Assembly: GCF_011045215.1 (NCBI RefSeq)
Contig: NZ_CP049201.1
Source of the DNA: Escherichia coli
Lineage (GTDB): Bacteria > Pseudomonadota > Gammaproteobacteria > Enterobacterales > Enterobacteriaceae
Direction: 5' to 3' (one strand)
DNA length: 64,000 nt
The notes under the pieces were generated by a model that saw nothing but the letters and a program-made list of their open reading frames with translations, was not told the origin of the DNA and did no database searches. This document shows, piece after piece, positions 9,423 to 20,353 of the stretch (position 1 is its first letter; the number at the start of each line of letters is the position of its first letter). The position numbers and the translations under genes are program-made.

Positions 9423-12400
9423 TCAGTTAATCGCGAAATAACTACTATTTACCAGCAAATCCAGCGGTTGGGCATCGGCAATCACCTCACCATAAATCAG
9501 ATCGACGCCGATGCCAGAAAGCGTATCCATCACTAAGGGTAAAACGACTGGCCCGGCGATGGTTTTCATCCCGAGTCGCTGAGCGTGCCCCTGAATAATC
9601 GTAATCAGCATCTCATCCATCAAATTACCCTGCACGTTGGCGCATAACTCACCATCAAGTAGCAGGTAATCTGCCATATTCGCTTTCAGCGAGTTGAAGA
9701 TTTGCAGATCGCGGCCCACCTGGCTGAGCACTATCCGACATCCCGCCAGCCGCAGTTTTTGCACGCTTTCTGCGTGATCTAAAATCGCTTCAGCCGGAAT
9801 AATCAGATGTAATAACCGTGGTGGTAGAGGGCTATTTTCCAGCTGCTCAAGCAGATCATTCACCAGCGTGGCGCTACTCAAACCGGCAACGGAAAGGGGG
9901 AGGGCGATGCTTATGCCTTTACTGGCAACCGCTTTTGCGGCCTGCTGGAAAAATTCGTGGAATACCCGGCGGTCAAGAGCATGGCTAAGCGCCGGATCGC
10001 TGAAGCTACGACGAAATGTTTGTTCATCAATAATCTCGCCTTCGCAACTCCAGAGCTTAAGTGAAATCAGCCACAAATTACGCGCTTCCGGGATCCGTGG
10101 CGAAGCGACACCGTGGGCGAGCATCATCAACTGATTCTCTTTAATCATCCGCCACTGTTCATCAAGCGACATCGCCGCCCGTTCGCTATGTGCGACAGCT
10201 TGCTGCGGTTCGTAAACCGTCACCCGGCCCCGGCCACCATTTTTGGAGGCATAACAGGCGATATCAGCCTGCGACATCACTTCTGCCGCCTGATGATTGT
10301 TGTCATCGATCAAGGTAATCCCGGCGCTGGCACCTACCCGATGTACCCGGCCTTCCCATATAAAGTGATAGTCATTCACAGCACTGATAATACGTGTAGC
10401 GATAAAACGAGCGCTTTCAACATTGCAGTCTGGCAGCAGCAGACCAAATTCATCACCGCCGAGCCGCGCCAGCACGTCACTGGAGCGCAGCATACTCAGC
10501 ATCAACGACGCCAGTTCGCGCAGCAAAGCGTCGCCCGCCGCATGCCCGGCGCTGTCATTCACCGCTTTAAAGCGATCAAGATCGATAAACACCAGTGCAT
10601 GTCGCTGATGCGTACTGTTTACCGTTTGCAGCAGGATACGCAGTTGTTTCTCAAAACTGGCGCGGTTGGCGAGATGCGTCAGTGCATCATGGGAGGCGCT
10701 GTAGCTCAGCTGGCGCAGCATTTTGCGTGATTCGGTAACGTCCTGAATCACCAGAACCGAACCAATATTGCTGCCGTCCAGAGTACTTAACGGCGTAATA
10801 CTGTAATGCACGTCGTAACTGCCGCCGCTCCGACAGTGCAACACCACATCTTGTTCGATCGCGGAACGTGAGGTGTCGGCACTGTAAATGTTCTCCATTA
10901 ATGGTCCGTTGTCGCCAAAAGTAATATGCAACACCGTCAGGAGCGGAACACCTAACGCTTCTTCCTGCGTCCAGCCGCTCATCTTCTCCGCCACTGGATT
11001 CATAAAGGTAATTTTCATCGCCATATCAATACAGACCACGGCTTCACCGATGGAATCAAGCGTAATGTGCAGGCGCTCTTTTTCCTGAAACAATGCCTCG
11101 TTAAGCTGTTTAACCTCAGTCATATCCATATTAATGCCGAGCAGGCGTTCGACTTCGCCTTCTTTATTCAGTACCCGGTTGGCGAGGGCGCGGATATGGC
11201 GGATGCCATCTTTCACGGCAATGCGAAATTCCAGCTTAAAGGGCGAGCGTGATTGCAACGAATCACGAATCACTTTTTCGGCGTGTTGGCGATCTTCCGG
11301 CAATACACACTCGTACCACACCTGCCAGTTCGGTTTGATATGCGGAGGAATTTCATACAGCTCGAACATCCGCTTATCCCAGCTAAAAATATTCGGCTTC
11401 AACTCCCACTCCCAGATGCCAATCCCGCCCGCTTCGTTAGCCAGCGTGATGCGCTCCATCAGTTGCTGATTGACCTGTTCGGTGCGTTTTAGCTCGTTAA
11501 TGTCTTCAATCTGAGCGATAAAATAGAGCGGCGTGCCATCCGTGTGGCGCACCAGTGAGACGGCAAGCAACGCCCAGACAACATCGCCATTGCGGTTGTA
11601 GTAGCGTTTTTCCATTGAATAGGTGTTTATTTCACCGCTTATCAGCTTTTCAACCTGTTGGAGATCTTTATTGAGATCCTCCGGCCAGGTCAGTTGCTGA
11701 AAGGTGAGTCCGCGCAGCTCTTCCTGACTGTAACCGAGAAACTGACATAAGGCTTTATTGGCTTGCAGCCATTGTCCTTCCGTTCCCACAAGGGCCATGC
11801 CGATGGCGGAATACTCCATCGCGTTGCGAAAACGGGTTTCGCTTTCGGAAATGTGTTTGCGTTCCGCACGAAAGGCATACATCACCATCGTCATGATGTT
11901 GGCGGGCAGCAGGATCAGCAAAAACGGTAGCCACGGCATATGGCTCATCAGGTATGTACGCGGCGTAGCAAGCAGGGAGGGATCCGCGGCCATCATCAGC
12001 GACACCATCATCACCGTGGTAAGGAAGATCAAAAAGGCTTCCATTCGTGGCAGGCGCACGGCGCTCCACATCAACAGCACAATAATGAAAGTAAAAGGCC
12101 ACGGCAGGTACAACATAGAAAGCCAGCTTAACGTCAGCGTGATGGCTAACGTGAGCAGTGACTCAAAAAGTAACCGTGGGTTGCGATGGCGCAGCAGATA
12201 GTGTGGCTTAAATAACAATCCCAGCGGCACTAGTGCCAGAGCGCCGATGGATTCTGACAGTACCCATATCAAAAATGCCCTGAGAGGATCGTCTCCGGGC
12301 GTCAGCAGGACAACCAGAACACCCCCTAACAGAGGCGGAACAATGGCGCTGCCGAATGCCAGACGCAGCCAGTCAGCCAGATTTTGCAAGGGGTTATACC

Positions 12401-12740
12401 ACGGCAGCAATTTACGTAGCAGCACTGCCCCGACCACGGCTTCAACAATATTGATGGTCGTCCAGGTCATGTTCAGCGAGCTGGTGGAAAAAAGCAGGAT
12501 GGATGCGGCGATATTTCCCAGCGAGCAGCTCAGCGCAATTCCCGGCCACATGCGCCCGGCATGGCGATAAAACGCCACCATCATGATGGACGTCGGGAAC
12601 CACAGTGGGGCGAGTTGGGTGCTAAACTGCGAAAGCTCAAGCGAGAAAAGGGTAAAGATAAACGAGACTAAACCTAAACTGACCAGGTGAAGCAGCGGGT
12701 GGGGCAGGGCAATTAATACATGCTGTGATTGTTTGCTCAT
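9423..12740 (-). CDS. dgcE: Diguanylate cyclase DgcE (YegE): N-terminal multi-pass membrane region, PAS repeats, GGDEF, C-terminal EAL-like domain
   Basis: 1105 aa; GGDEF motif in ...VLARLGGDEFGLLLPD...; hydrophobic N-terminal third; matches K-12 YegE length. Confidence 0.92.
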   Translation of the reverse strand: MSKQSQHVLIALPHPLLHLVSLGLVSFIFTLFSLELSQFSTQLAPLWFPTSIMMVAFYRHAGRMWPGIALSCSLGNIAASILLFSTSSLNMTWTTINIVEAVVGAVLLRKLLPWYNPLQNLADWLRLAFGSAIVPPLLGGVLVVLLTPGDDPLRAFLIWVLSESIGALALVPLGLLFKPHYLLRHRNPRLLFESLLTLAITLTLSWLSMLYLPWPFTFIIVLLMWSAVRLPRMEAFLIFLTTVMMVSLMMAADPSLLATPRTYLMSHMPWLPFLLILLPANIMTMVMYAFRAERKHISESETRFRNAMEYSAIGMALVGTEGQWLQANKALCQFLGYSQEELRGLTFQQLTWPEDLNKDLQQVEKLISGEINTYSMEKRYYNRNGDVVWALLAVSLVRHTDGTPLYFIAQIEDINELKRTEQVNQQLMERITLANEAGGIGIWEWELKPNIFSWDKRMFELYEIPPHIKPNWQVWYECVLPEDRQHAEKVIRDSLQSRSPFKLEFRIAVKDGIRHIRALANRVLNKEGEVERLLGINMDMTEVKQLNEALFQEKERLHITLDSIGEAVVCIDMAMKITFMNPVAEKMSGWTQEEALGVPLLTVLHITFGDNGPLMENIYSADTSRSAIEQDVVLHCRSGGSYDVHYSITPLSTLDGSNIGSVLVIQDVTESRKMLRQLSYSASHDALTHLANRASFEKQLRILLQTVNSTHQRHALVFIDLDRFKAVNDSAGHAAGDALLRELASLMLSMLRSSDVLARLGGDEFGLLLPDCNVESARFIATRIISAVNDYHFIWEGRVHRVGASAGITLIDDNNHQAAEVMSQADIACYASKNGGRGRVTVYEPQQAVAHSERAAMSLDEQWRMIKENQLMMLAHGVASPRIPEARNLWLISLKLWSCEGEIIDEQTFRRSFSDPALSHALDRRVFHEFFQQAAKAVASKGISIALPLSVAGLSSATLVNDLLEQLENSPLPPRLLHLIIPAEAILDHAESVQKLRLAGCRIVLSQVGRDLQIFNSLKANMADYLLLDGELCANVQGNLMDEMLITIIQGHAQRLGMKTIAGPVVLPLVMDTLSGIGVDLIYGEVIADAQPLDLLVNSSYFAIN

Positions 12741-13057
12741 TACCGCTTTATCCGCAAGACCTGGTCGCCAGTATTCGTTTCTGTGTTTATGCTAGTACAA
12801 AAGTTTTACATTTTATATGCGAATTGCTCATAAAGTGACGTAAAGGCGGATAATTTGCGCAACTGCGTATAACATTTTTTACCTTACATAAAACTGATCA
12901 ACGTAATTTGCCCCCGGGAATTCTTTGTCAACAATTAACTCTGAGCGCGCGGCAACGCTATTCGACTGGTATCAGACGGATGAAATCCCTATAATTGCCG
13001 CGTTTGGCGCTTCGTCGCCCCCTTCCTAACATCCAGGTTAATCAGGTCGCTAAATAT

Positions 13058-13699
13058 ATGACTGATCAGTCTCATCAGTGCGTCATTATCGGTATCGCTG
13101 GCGCATCGGCTTCCGGCAAGAGTCTTATTGCCAGTACCCTTTATCGTGAATTGCGTGAGCAAGTCGGTGATGAACACATCGGCGTAATTCCCGAAGACTG
13201 CTATTACAAAGATCAAAGCCATCTGTCGATGGAAGAACGCGTTAAGACCAACTACGACCATCCCAGCGCGATGGATCATAGTCTGCTGCTTGAGCATTTA
13301 CAAGCGTTGAAACGCGGCTCGGCAATTGACCTGCCGGTTTACAGCTATGTTGAACATACGCGTATGAAAGAAACGGTGACGGTTGAGCCGAAGAAGGTCA
13401 TCATTCTCGAAGGCATTTTGTTGCTGACGGATGCGCGTTTGCGTGACGAACTTAACTTCTCCATTTTCGTTGATACCCCGCTGGATATCTGCCTGATGCG
13501 CCGCATCAAGCGTGACGTTAACGAGCGTGGGCGTTCAATGGATTCCGTGATGGCGCAATATCAAAAAACCGTGCGCCCGATGTTCCTGCAATTCATTGAG
13601 CCTTCTAAACAATATGCGGACATTATCGTGCCGCGCGGCGGGAAAAACCGCATTGCGATCGATATATTGAAAGCGAAAATAAGTCAGTTCTTTGAATAA
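13058..13699 (+). CDS. udk: Uridine/cytidine kinase
   Basis: Track ORF 12995..13699; start set at ATG 13058 ([23 protein letters not shown]-loop), 213 aa as in K-12 Udk. Confidence 0.93.
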
Positions 13700-13790
13700 G
13701 CTTGATAAATTGTGTACCGTTCAGTGATAACCTGGTATGCCCTTGACGTAATTGGCGTTAAGGGAGTGATGCGCGAAAGGAGAAAATGCC

Positions 13791-14372
13791 ATGCGTCTGT
13801 GTGACCGAGATATTGAAGCCTGGCTTGATGAAGGCCGTTTGTCGATCAACCCACGTCCGCCAGTGGAGCGTATTAACGGCGCGACGGTGGATGTACGCCT
13901 GGGCAATAAATTTCGTACCTTCCGTGGTCACACGGCAGCGTTTATCGATCTGAGCGGTCCCAAAGATGAAGTGAGCGCCGCGCTTGACCGCGTGATGAGC
14001 GATGAGATCGTTCTCGACGAGGGCGAGGCGTTCTATCTTCACCCAGGAGAGCTGGCGCTGGCGGTGACGCTGGAGTCGGTGACGCTGCCAGCCGATCTGG
14101 TGGGCTGGCTGGACGGGCGTTCCTCTTTGGCGCGTCTGGGGCTGATGGTGCACGTCACCGCGCACCGTATCGATCCGGGCTGGTCTGGCTGCATTGTGCT
14201 GGAGTTCTACAACTCCGGTAAGCTGCCGCTGGCGCTGCGTCCGGGCATGTTAATTGGTGCGCTGAGCTTTGAGCCGCTTTCCGGCCCGGCGGCGCGACCT
14301 TACAACCGCCGTGAAGATGCGAAATATCGCAACCAGCAGGGCGCGGTAGCCAGCCGAATCGATAAAGACTAA
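13791..14372 (+). CDS. dcd: dCTP deaminase
   Basis: 193 aa, matches Dcd. Confidence 0.93.
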
Positions 14373-14393
14373 TTCAGGCCCATTGAGGATACC

Positions 14394-16247
14394 ATGAGAC
14401 GATTTCTGACGACGCTGATGATACTCCTGGTCGTGCTGGTGGCCGGGTTATCTGCGTTAGTGTTGCTGGTGAATCCGAATGATTTCCGCGACTATATGGT
14501 CAAGCAAGTTGCTGCACGTAGCGGTTATCAATTGCAGCTCGACGGGCCACTGCGTTGGCACGTCTGGCCGCAGCTTAGTATCCTCTCCGGGAGAATGTCT
14601 CTCACCGCCCAGGGCGCAAGCCAGCCACTGGTTCGCGCCGACAACATGCGTCTGGACGTGGCGCTTTTACCACTACTGAGTCATCAACTGAGCGTTAAGC
14701 AGGTGATGCTAAAAGGGGCAGTGATCCAACTGACGCCGCAGACGGAAGCGGTGCGCAGTGAAGACGCTCCGGTTGCACCGCGCGACAATACCTTGCCGGA
14801 TCTGTCAGACGATCGCGGATGGTCGTTTGATATATCCAGTCTTAAGGTGGCGGACAGCGTGCTGGTGTTCCAGCATGAAGATGACGAGCAGGTGACAATC
14901 CGCAATATTCGCCTGCAAATGGAACAAGATCCCCAACATCGTGGCTCATTTGAGTTCTCCGGGCGGGTTAATCGCGATCAGCGCGATCTCACGATATCCC
15001 TTAACGGTACGGTGGATGCTTCTGATTATCCGCATGATTTAACGGCTGCTATTGAACAAATTAACTGGCAGTTGCAGGGTGCCGATTTACCAAAACAAGG
15101 TATTCAGGGGCAGGGGAGTTTCCAGGCCCAGTGGCAGGAGTCACATAAACGCCTTTCATTTAACCAAATCAGCTTGACCGCCAATGACAGTACGCTGAGC
15201 GGGCAAGCACAGGTCACGCTGACAGAGAAACCTGAATGGCAGCTGAGACTGCAATTCCCGCAACTGAATCTTGACAACCTCATCCCGCTTAATGAAACCG
15301 CGAATGGTGAAAACGGTGCCGCGCAGCAGGGGCAGAGCCAATCAACGTTGCCGCGCCCGGTTATTTCTTCGCGTATTGATGAACCGGCCTATCAGGGACT
15401 GCAAGGCTTTACGGCTGATATTTTGTTGCAGGCCAGTAACGTGCGCTGGCGCGGAATGAATTTTACAGATGTTGCCACGCAAATGACCAACAAGTCGGGT
15501 TTGCTGGAAATTACTCAACTGCAGGGCAAGCTTAACGGTGGACAGGTTTCACTGCCGGGCACGCTGGACGCGACATCAATAAATCCGCGGATAAACTTCC
15601 AGCCACGGCTGGAAAACGTTGAGATTGGTACCATTCTGAAGGCGTTTAACTATCCGATTTCGTTGACCGGAAAAATGTCACTGGCTGGTGATTTCTCCGG
15701 TGCTGACATAGATGCCGACGCATTCCGCCACAACTGGCAAGGACAGGCACATGTCGAAATGACCGACACGCGCATGGAAGGGATGAACTTCCAGCAGATG
15801 ATTCAGCAAGCGGTAGAACGTAATGGTGGTGATGTGAAGGCCGCTGAAAACTTCGATAACGTAACGCGTCTTGACCGCTTTACCACCGATTTGACGTTGA
15901 AGGATGGCGTCGTGACGTTAAACGACATGCAAGGTCAATCGCCTGTGCTGGCGCTGACAGGGGAAGGCATGTTGAATCTGGCAGATCAAACCTGCGACAC
16001 CCAGTTTGATATTCGGGTCGTGGGTGGCTGGAGCGGGGAAAGCAAACTGATTGATTTCCTCAAAGAAACGCCAGTACCGCTGCGGGTTTATGGCAACTGG
16101 CAGCAACTCAATTACAGTCTGCAGGTGGATCAGTTACTGCGCAAACATCTACAGGACGAAGCGAAACGTCGCCTGAATGACTGGGCCGAGCGGAATAAAG
16201 ATTCCCGCAATGGCAAGGATGTGAAGAAGTTGCTGGAGAAGATGTAG
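14394..16247 (+). CDS. asmA: Outer-membrane assembly / lipid transport protein AsmA
   Basis: 617 aa; N-terminal membrane anchor MRRFLTTLMILLVVLVAGLSALVLLV; matches AsmA. Confidence 0.92.
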   Translation: MRRFLTTLMILLVVLVAGLSALVLLVNPNDFRDYMVKQVAARSGYQLQLDGPLRWHVWPQLSILSGRMSLTAQGASQPLVRADNMRLDVALLPLLSHQLSVKQVMLKGAVIQLTPQTEAVRSEDAPVAPRDNTLPDLSDDRGWSFDISSLKVADSVLVFQHEDDEQVTIRNIRLQMEQDPQHRGSFEFSGRVNRDQRDLTISLNGTVDASDYPHDLTAAIEQINWQLQGADLPKQGIQGQGSFQAQWQESHKRLSFNQISLTANDSTLSGQAQVTLTEKPEWQLRLQFPQLNLDNLIPLNETANGENGAAQQGQSQSTLPRPVISSRIDEPAYQGLQGFTADILLQASNVRWRGMNFTDVATQMTNKSGLLEITQLQGKLNGGQVSLPGTLDATSINPRINFQPRLENVEIGTILKAFNYPISLTGKMSLAGDFSGADIDADAFRHNWQGQAHVEMTDTRMEGMNFQQMIQQAVERNGGDVKAAENFDNVTRLDRFTTDLTLKDGVVTLNDMQGQSPVLALTGEGMLNLADQTCDTQFDIRVVGGWSGESKLIDFLKETPVPLRVYGNWQQLNYSLQVDQLLRKHLQDEAKRRLNDWAERNKDSRNGKDVKKLLEKM

Positions 16248-16267
16248 GTTACCAGGTGACCAGTCCT

Positions 16268-16305
16268 GTAGGCCTGATAAGACGCGTAAAGCGTCGTATC
16301 AGGCG
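16268..16305. repeat. REP element
   Basis: gtaggcctgataagacgcgtaaagcgtcgtatcaggcg palindrome downstream of asmA. Confidence 0.85.
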
Positions 16306-16520
16306 TTCGTGGCGGCATCATTATATTCTGAATATGTAAGATCGAAGGCTGTTCCGTTCACTTGATGTTCCTCGCTACTATGGAACGCTCAAGCCGGTGA
16401 ACGTGCCAGGGTGGCTCAATCGCCACCACCCTGGCAACCCGGGCTCCCGGCGGTAAATCGCCGCTGGCGCGGTTCCCTCATCTTATTCCTTTCGGCTATT
16501 GGGTAAAATGGCCGATATCA

Positions 16521-18104
16521 TCACACCTCGTACTCCATCTCGCCATCTTTACGCAGTGGAATAATCTGCACTTTCTGCACGCGATGGCTTTCCACCTGCA
16601 ACGTTTTAAGCAAATAATCCCCCACCTGAACTTCTTCGCCAGGTTTTGGAATACGCTGTAAATATTCCATCAACAGCCCGGCAATGGTGTGATATTCACG
16701 TTTTTCATCCAGCGGCAGCGGCACATATTGCACCAGATCCTCCAGCGGCATATGACCATTCGCCGTCCAGGAACCGTCCGCATTCTTCTGAATATCATGG
16801 CGGGCGTCGATCTCTTCCACTTCGTTCGGTAAGTTACCGGCAATGGTTTCAGTGACGTCACTTAATGTCACAATCCCTTCCACCGAGCCAAACTCATCCA
16901 CCACAAAAGCAAAGTGCGTGCGGGCATTACGGAACTGCTCCAGGGCAGGTAACAACGGCAAGGTTTCCGGGAACACCAGCGGCTGGCGAATCAACACCCG
17001 CAGGTTGAGCGGTTCGCCGCGCAGAGACTGTTGTAGCAGGTCGATAACGTGAACAACACCGAGCAAATCTTCTGCGTCATCACCGTCGGTAACCACCAGC
17101 CGCGTATGCTGATTTCGCTCCAGTAACTGGCGGATCTCGTCTTCCGGCGCGTTGAGATCGATATGCTCAATATCGTGGCGCGACGTCATAATGCTGCTGA
17201 CGGTACGCTGGTTAAGATTTAGTACCCGCTCAATCATCCGCCGTTCCTGCGGATTAAAGATCTGCTGGTTACCATGATCCACCAGCATGGACGCGGTTTC
17301 GGCGTCCAGTTCCGCATCTTCTTTTTGCCCGCTAAGCAGGCGCATTACCGCTTCGGTAGTCCGCTGGCGCAGCGTCTGGTTAGCGGAAAGAAAACGTCGC
17401 CGGTTAAAGATAGCCAACTGATTGAGCGCCTCGATCATCACCGAGAAACCAATGGCAGCGTACAGGTAGCCTTTCGGAATGACGAAGCCGAAACCTTCTG
17501 CCACCAGGCTAAAGCCAATCATCAACAGGAAGCTTAAGCAGAGAATAACGATCGTCGGGTGACTGTTAACAAATTGCGTTAACGGCTTGCTGGCCATCAA
17601 CATCAGGCTGATAGCGATAACCACGGCGGCCATCATGACCAGTAAATGGTCGACCATCCCGACGGCGGTAATCACTGAGTCGAGTGAGAAAATGGCGTCC
17701 AGTACCACAATTTGCGTCACCACGCCCCAGAACTTCGCACCTTTGCGTTGTGTGGGATTATTGCTGTCTTTCCCTTCCAGCCGTTCGTTCAGCTCCATCG
17801 TGGCTTTGAACAACAGGAAGAAACCACCAAACAGCATGATTAAGTCGCGGGCGCTAAAGGTAAACGAGCGGAAGCTGAACAGCGGTTGAGTCAGGGTGAC
17901 CAGCCAGGAGATTGACGCCAGCAGTAACAGGCGCATTAACATCGCCAGCAGCAGCCCGGTAACCCGTGCGCGGTCGCGCTGCTTCGGCGGTAGTTTTTCG
18001 GCGAGGATGGCAATAAAGACCAGGTTATCAATGCCGAGGACCAGTTCGATCACAATCAGCGTGATTAACCCGGCCCAGATAGACGGATCGGCAATCCATT
18101 CCAT
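16521..18104 (-). CDS. yegH: TerC-family membrane protein with CBS and CorC/HlyC domains, YegH
   Basis: Track ORF 16521..18170; start set at ATG 18104 ([16 protein letters not shown]), 527 aa as in K-12 YegH. Confidence 0.88.
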   Translation of the reverse strand: MEWIADPSIWAGLITLIVIELVLGIDNLVFIAILAEKLPPKQRDRARVTGLLLAMLMRLLLLASISWLVTLTQPLFSFRSFTFSARDLIMLFGGFFLLFKATMELNERLEGKDSNNPTQRKGAKFWGVVTQIVVLDAIFSLDSVITAVGMVDHLLVMMAAVVIAISLMLMASKPLTQFVNSHPTIVILCLSFLLMIGFSLVAEGFGFVIPKGYLYAAIGFSVMIEALNQLAIFNRRRFLSANQTLRQRTTEAVMRLLSGQKEDAELDAETASMLVDHGNQQIFNPQERRMIERVLNLNQRTVSSIMTSRHDIEHIDLNAPEDEIRQLLERNQHTRLVVTDGDDAEDLLGVVHVIDLLQQSLRGEPLNLRVLIRQPLVFPETLPLLPALEQFRNARTHFAFVVDEFGSVEGIVTLSDVTETIAGNLPNEVEEIDARHDIQKNADGSWTANGHMPLEDLVQYVPLPLDEKREYHTIAGLLMEYLQRIPKPGEEVQVGDYLLKTLQVESHRVQKVQIIPLRKDGEMEYEV

Positions 18105-18265
18105 AGTAAGTACAAAACCTATTCGTTGTATGACAAATGTCACAATTCGATCATGGATAAATCGGGGCAAAAATGCAATGTTGCAGCACTATTTATCTCA
18201 TATTATTTGAGGGTAATAACCTCACATTATCGCTGAATTAAAAGTGGTAATAATAAAACATTATT

Positions 18266-18279
18266 TAAGAAATATCGCA
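18266..18279 (+). promoter_or_regulatory. Candidate RcsAB box upstream of the colanic acid (cps) operon
   Basis: taagaaatatcgca resembles the RcsAB box consensus TaAGaatatTCctA; lies about 280 bp upstream of the JUMPstart. Match is from memory, not scored. Confidence 0.35.
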
Positions 18280-18545
18280 TGTGGAGGCGCAATATTAAAT
18301 ATTGTCAACCTAAAGAAACTCCTAAAAACCATATTGAATGACACTTAATATAATTCTTAAAAATAGCCAATTACCGAATTGTTACCTTGCCTGCTATTCC
18401 GTTAGCTGTAACACTTCCTCCTGCATTATTGGAGAGCCAATATTCAATTACCATAATGTCACCTTATATTCGGAAGTTAATTTCCGCAATAACCCTTTCT
18501 CATCAACGATTGTATGCAGAGAGGGTTTGAAAAATTAAGCTAAAT

Positions 18546-18584
18546 CAGTGTATTGGTAGCTAGAAAGCCAGGGGCGGTAGCGTG
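18546..18584 (+). promoter_or_regulatory. JUMPstart element with ops site (GGCGGTAGCGTG), RfaH-dependent antitermination signal in the cps leader
   Basis: cagtgtattggtagctagaaagccaggggcggtagcgtg; ops at 18573..18584; about 180 bp upstream of wza. Confidence 0.85.
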
Positions 18585-18762
18585 TCTGGATGCCTGAAAG
18601 ACCAGTCTGAATTATTCTGTCAATAGCCTACGGATGAAATCAATTTTTTTAGGACTGATGCCAGTTAAATTTTTATTCAATTAACTGCAAGGTAAATGTG
18701 CATGGCGACATTGCTATTAATAGTGCACAGGATAATTACTCTGCCAAAGTGATAAATAAACA

Positions 18763-19902
18763 ATGATGAAATCCAAAATGAAATTGATGCCATTATTGGT
18801 GTCAGTAACCTTGATAAGCGGTTGCACAGTACTTCCGGGCAGCAATATGTCGACGATGGGCAAAGACGTCATCAAACAGCAGGACGCTGATTTCGATCTC
18901 GACAAAATGGTGAATGTTTATCCGCTGACCCCGCGCCTGATTGACCAATTACGCCCACGCCCGAATGTAGCGCGCCCCAATATGACGCTGGAAAGTGAGA
19001 TCGCGAATTACCAGTATCGCGTCGGGCCGGGGGACGTTCTTAATGTCACCGTCTGGGATCACCCGGAACTCACCACGCCAGCCGGTCAGTACCGCAGCTC
19101 CAGCGACACCGGCAACTGGGTACAGCCTGACGGCACTATGTTTTACCCGTATATCGGCAAGGTCCACGTAGTCGGGAAAACGCTCGCTGAAATCCGCAGT
19201 GATATTACCGGGCGCTTAGCGACGTACATCGCTGACCCGCAGGTGGACGTTAATATCGCCGCCTTCCGCTCACAAAAGGCCTATATCTCCGGTCAGGTGA
19301 ATAAATCCGGTCAACAGGCGATCACCAACGTGCCACTGACTATTCTCGACGCCATCAACGCCGCAGGTGGCCTGACCGACACCGCTGACTGGCGCAACGT
19401 GGTGTTAACACACAATGGTCGCGAAGAACGCATTTCTTTGCAGGCGCTGATGCAAAACGGCGACCTCAACCAGAATCGACTGCTTTACCCCGGCGATATT
19501 CTCTACGTGCCGCGTAATGATGATCTGAAAGTGTTTGTGATGGGTGAAGTGAAGAAACAGAGCACCCTGAAAATGGACTTTAGCGGTATGACCCTGACTG
19601 AAGCCCTGGGCAATGCTGAAGGTATCGACATGACCACCTCCAACGCCAGCGGCATCTTTGTCATTCGTCCGTTGAAAGGCGAGGGCGGGCGTAACGGCAA
19701 GATTGCCAATATCTACCAGCTGGATATGTCCGATGCGACGTCGCTGGTGATGGCGACAGAATTCCGCCTGCAACCTTATGACGTGGTGTATGTCACCACC
19801 GCCCCGGTTTCCCGCTGGAACCGTCTGATCAATCAGTTGCTGCCAACTATTAGCGGTGTCCGTTACATGACGGATACAGCCAGCGACATTCATAACTGGT
19901 AA
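18763..19902 (+). CDS. wza: Outer-membrane polysaccharide export lipoprotein Wza
   Basis: 379 aa; lipoprotein signal ...LISGCTV; matches Wza. Confidence 0.95.
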   Translation: MMKSKMKLMPLLVSVTLISGCTVLPGSNMSTMGKDVIKQQDADFDLDKMVNVYPLTPRLIDQLRPRPNVARPNMTLESEIANYQYRVGPGDVLNVTVWDHPELTTPAGQYRSSSDTGNWVQPDGTMFYPYIGKVHVVGKTLAEIRSDITGRLATYIADPQVDVNIAAFRSQKAYISGQVNKSGQQAITNVPLTILDAINAAGGLTDTADWRNVVLTHNGREERISLQALMQNGDLNQNRLLYPGDILYVPRNDDLKVFVMGEVKKQSTLKMDFSGMTLTEALGNAEGIDMTTSNASGIFVIRPLKGEGGRNGKIANIYQLDMSDATSLVMATEFRLQPYDVVYVTTAPVSRWNRLINQLLPTISGVRYMTDTASDIHNW

Positions 19903-19907
19903 TCGTC

Positions 19908-20351
19908 ATGTTTAACAACATCTTAGTTGTCTGTGTCGGCAATATTTGCCGTTCCCCGACGGCGGAGCGCTTACTGCAACGTTATCACCCGGAGCTGAAA
20001 GTGGAGTCCGCTGGACTCGGCGCGCTGGTCGGTAAGGGCGCTGACCCTACCGCTATCAGCGTCGCCGCAGAACATCAACTGTCTCTGGAAGGTCACTGTG
20101 CACGGCAAATCAGCCGCCGCCTGTGTCGCAACTATGACCTGATTTTGACCATGGAAAAGCGCCATATCGAACGCTTATGCGAGATGGCACCCGAGATGCG
20201 CGGCAAAGTGATGCTGTTTGGTCACTGGGATAACGAATGTGAAATCCCCGATCCGTATCGCAAAAGCCGGGAAACGTTTGCAGCGGTGTACACATTACTT
20301 GAACGGTCTGCCCGCCAGTGGGCGCAGGCATTGAACGCAGAGCAGGTATAA
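19908..20351 (+). CDS. wzb: Low-molecular-weight protein-tyrosine phosphatase Wzb
   Basis: 147 aa; CVGNICRSP active-site loop. Confidence 0.95.
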   Translation: MFNNILVVCVGNICRSPTAERLLQRYHPELKVESAGLGALVGKGADPTAISVAAEHQLSLEGHCARQISRRLCRNYDLILTMEKRHIERLCEMAPEMRGKVMLFGHWDNECEIPDPYRKSRETFAAVYTLLERSARQWAQALNAEQV

Positions 20352-20353
20352 GA

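Noticed and set aside
10113-10730. 205-aa plus-strand ORF inside dgcE
   Set aside because: It is antisense to the GGDEF/EAL coding region of a gene with full-length support and has no independent signature.
12995-13057. N-terminal extensions in the ORF track (udk here; also mdtA to 1811, yegD to 8395, yegH to 18170, wzc from 20318, wcaD from 25056, cpsG from 33155, wzz from 56996, GalE-like from 44601, GT2 from 53031)
   Set aside because: The longest-ORF calls run past the conserved N-termini; internal starts reproduce the known protein lengths and often have better RBS spacing.
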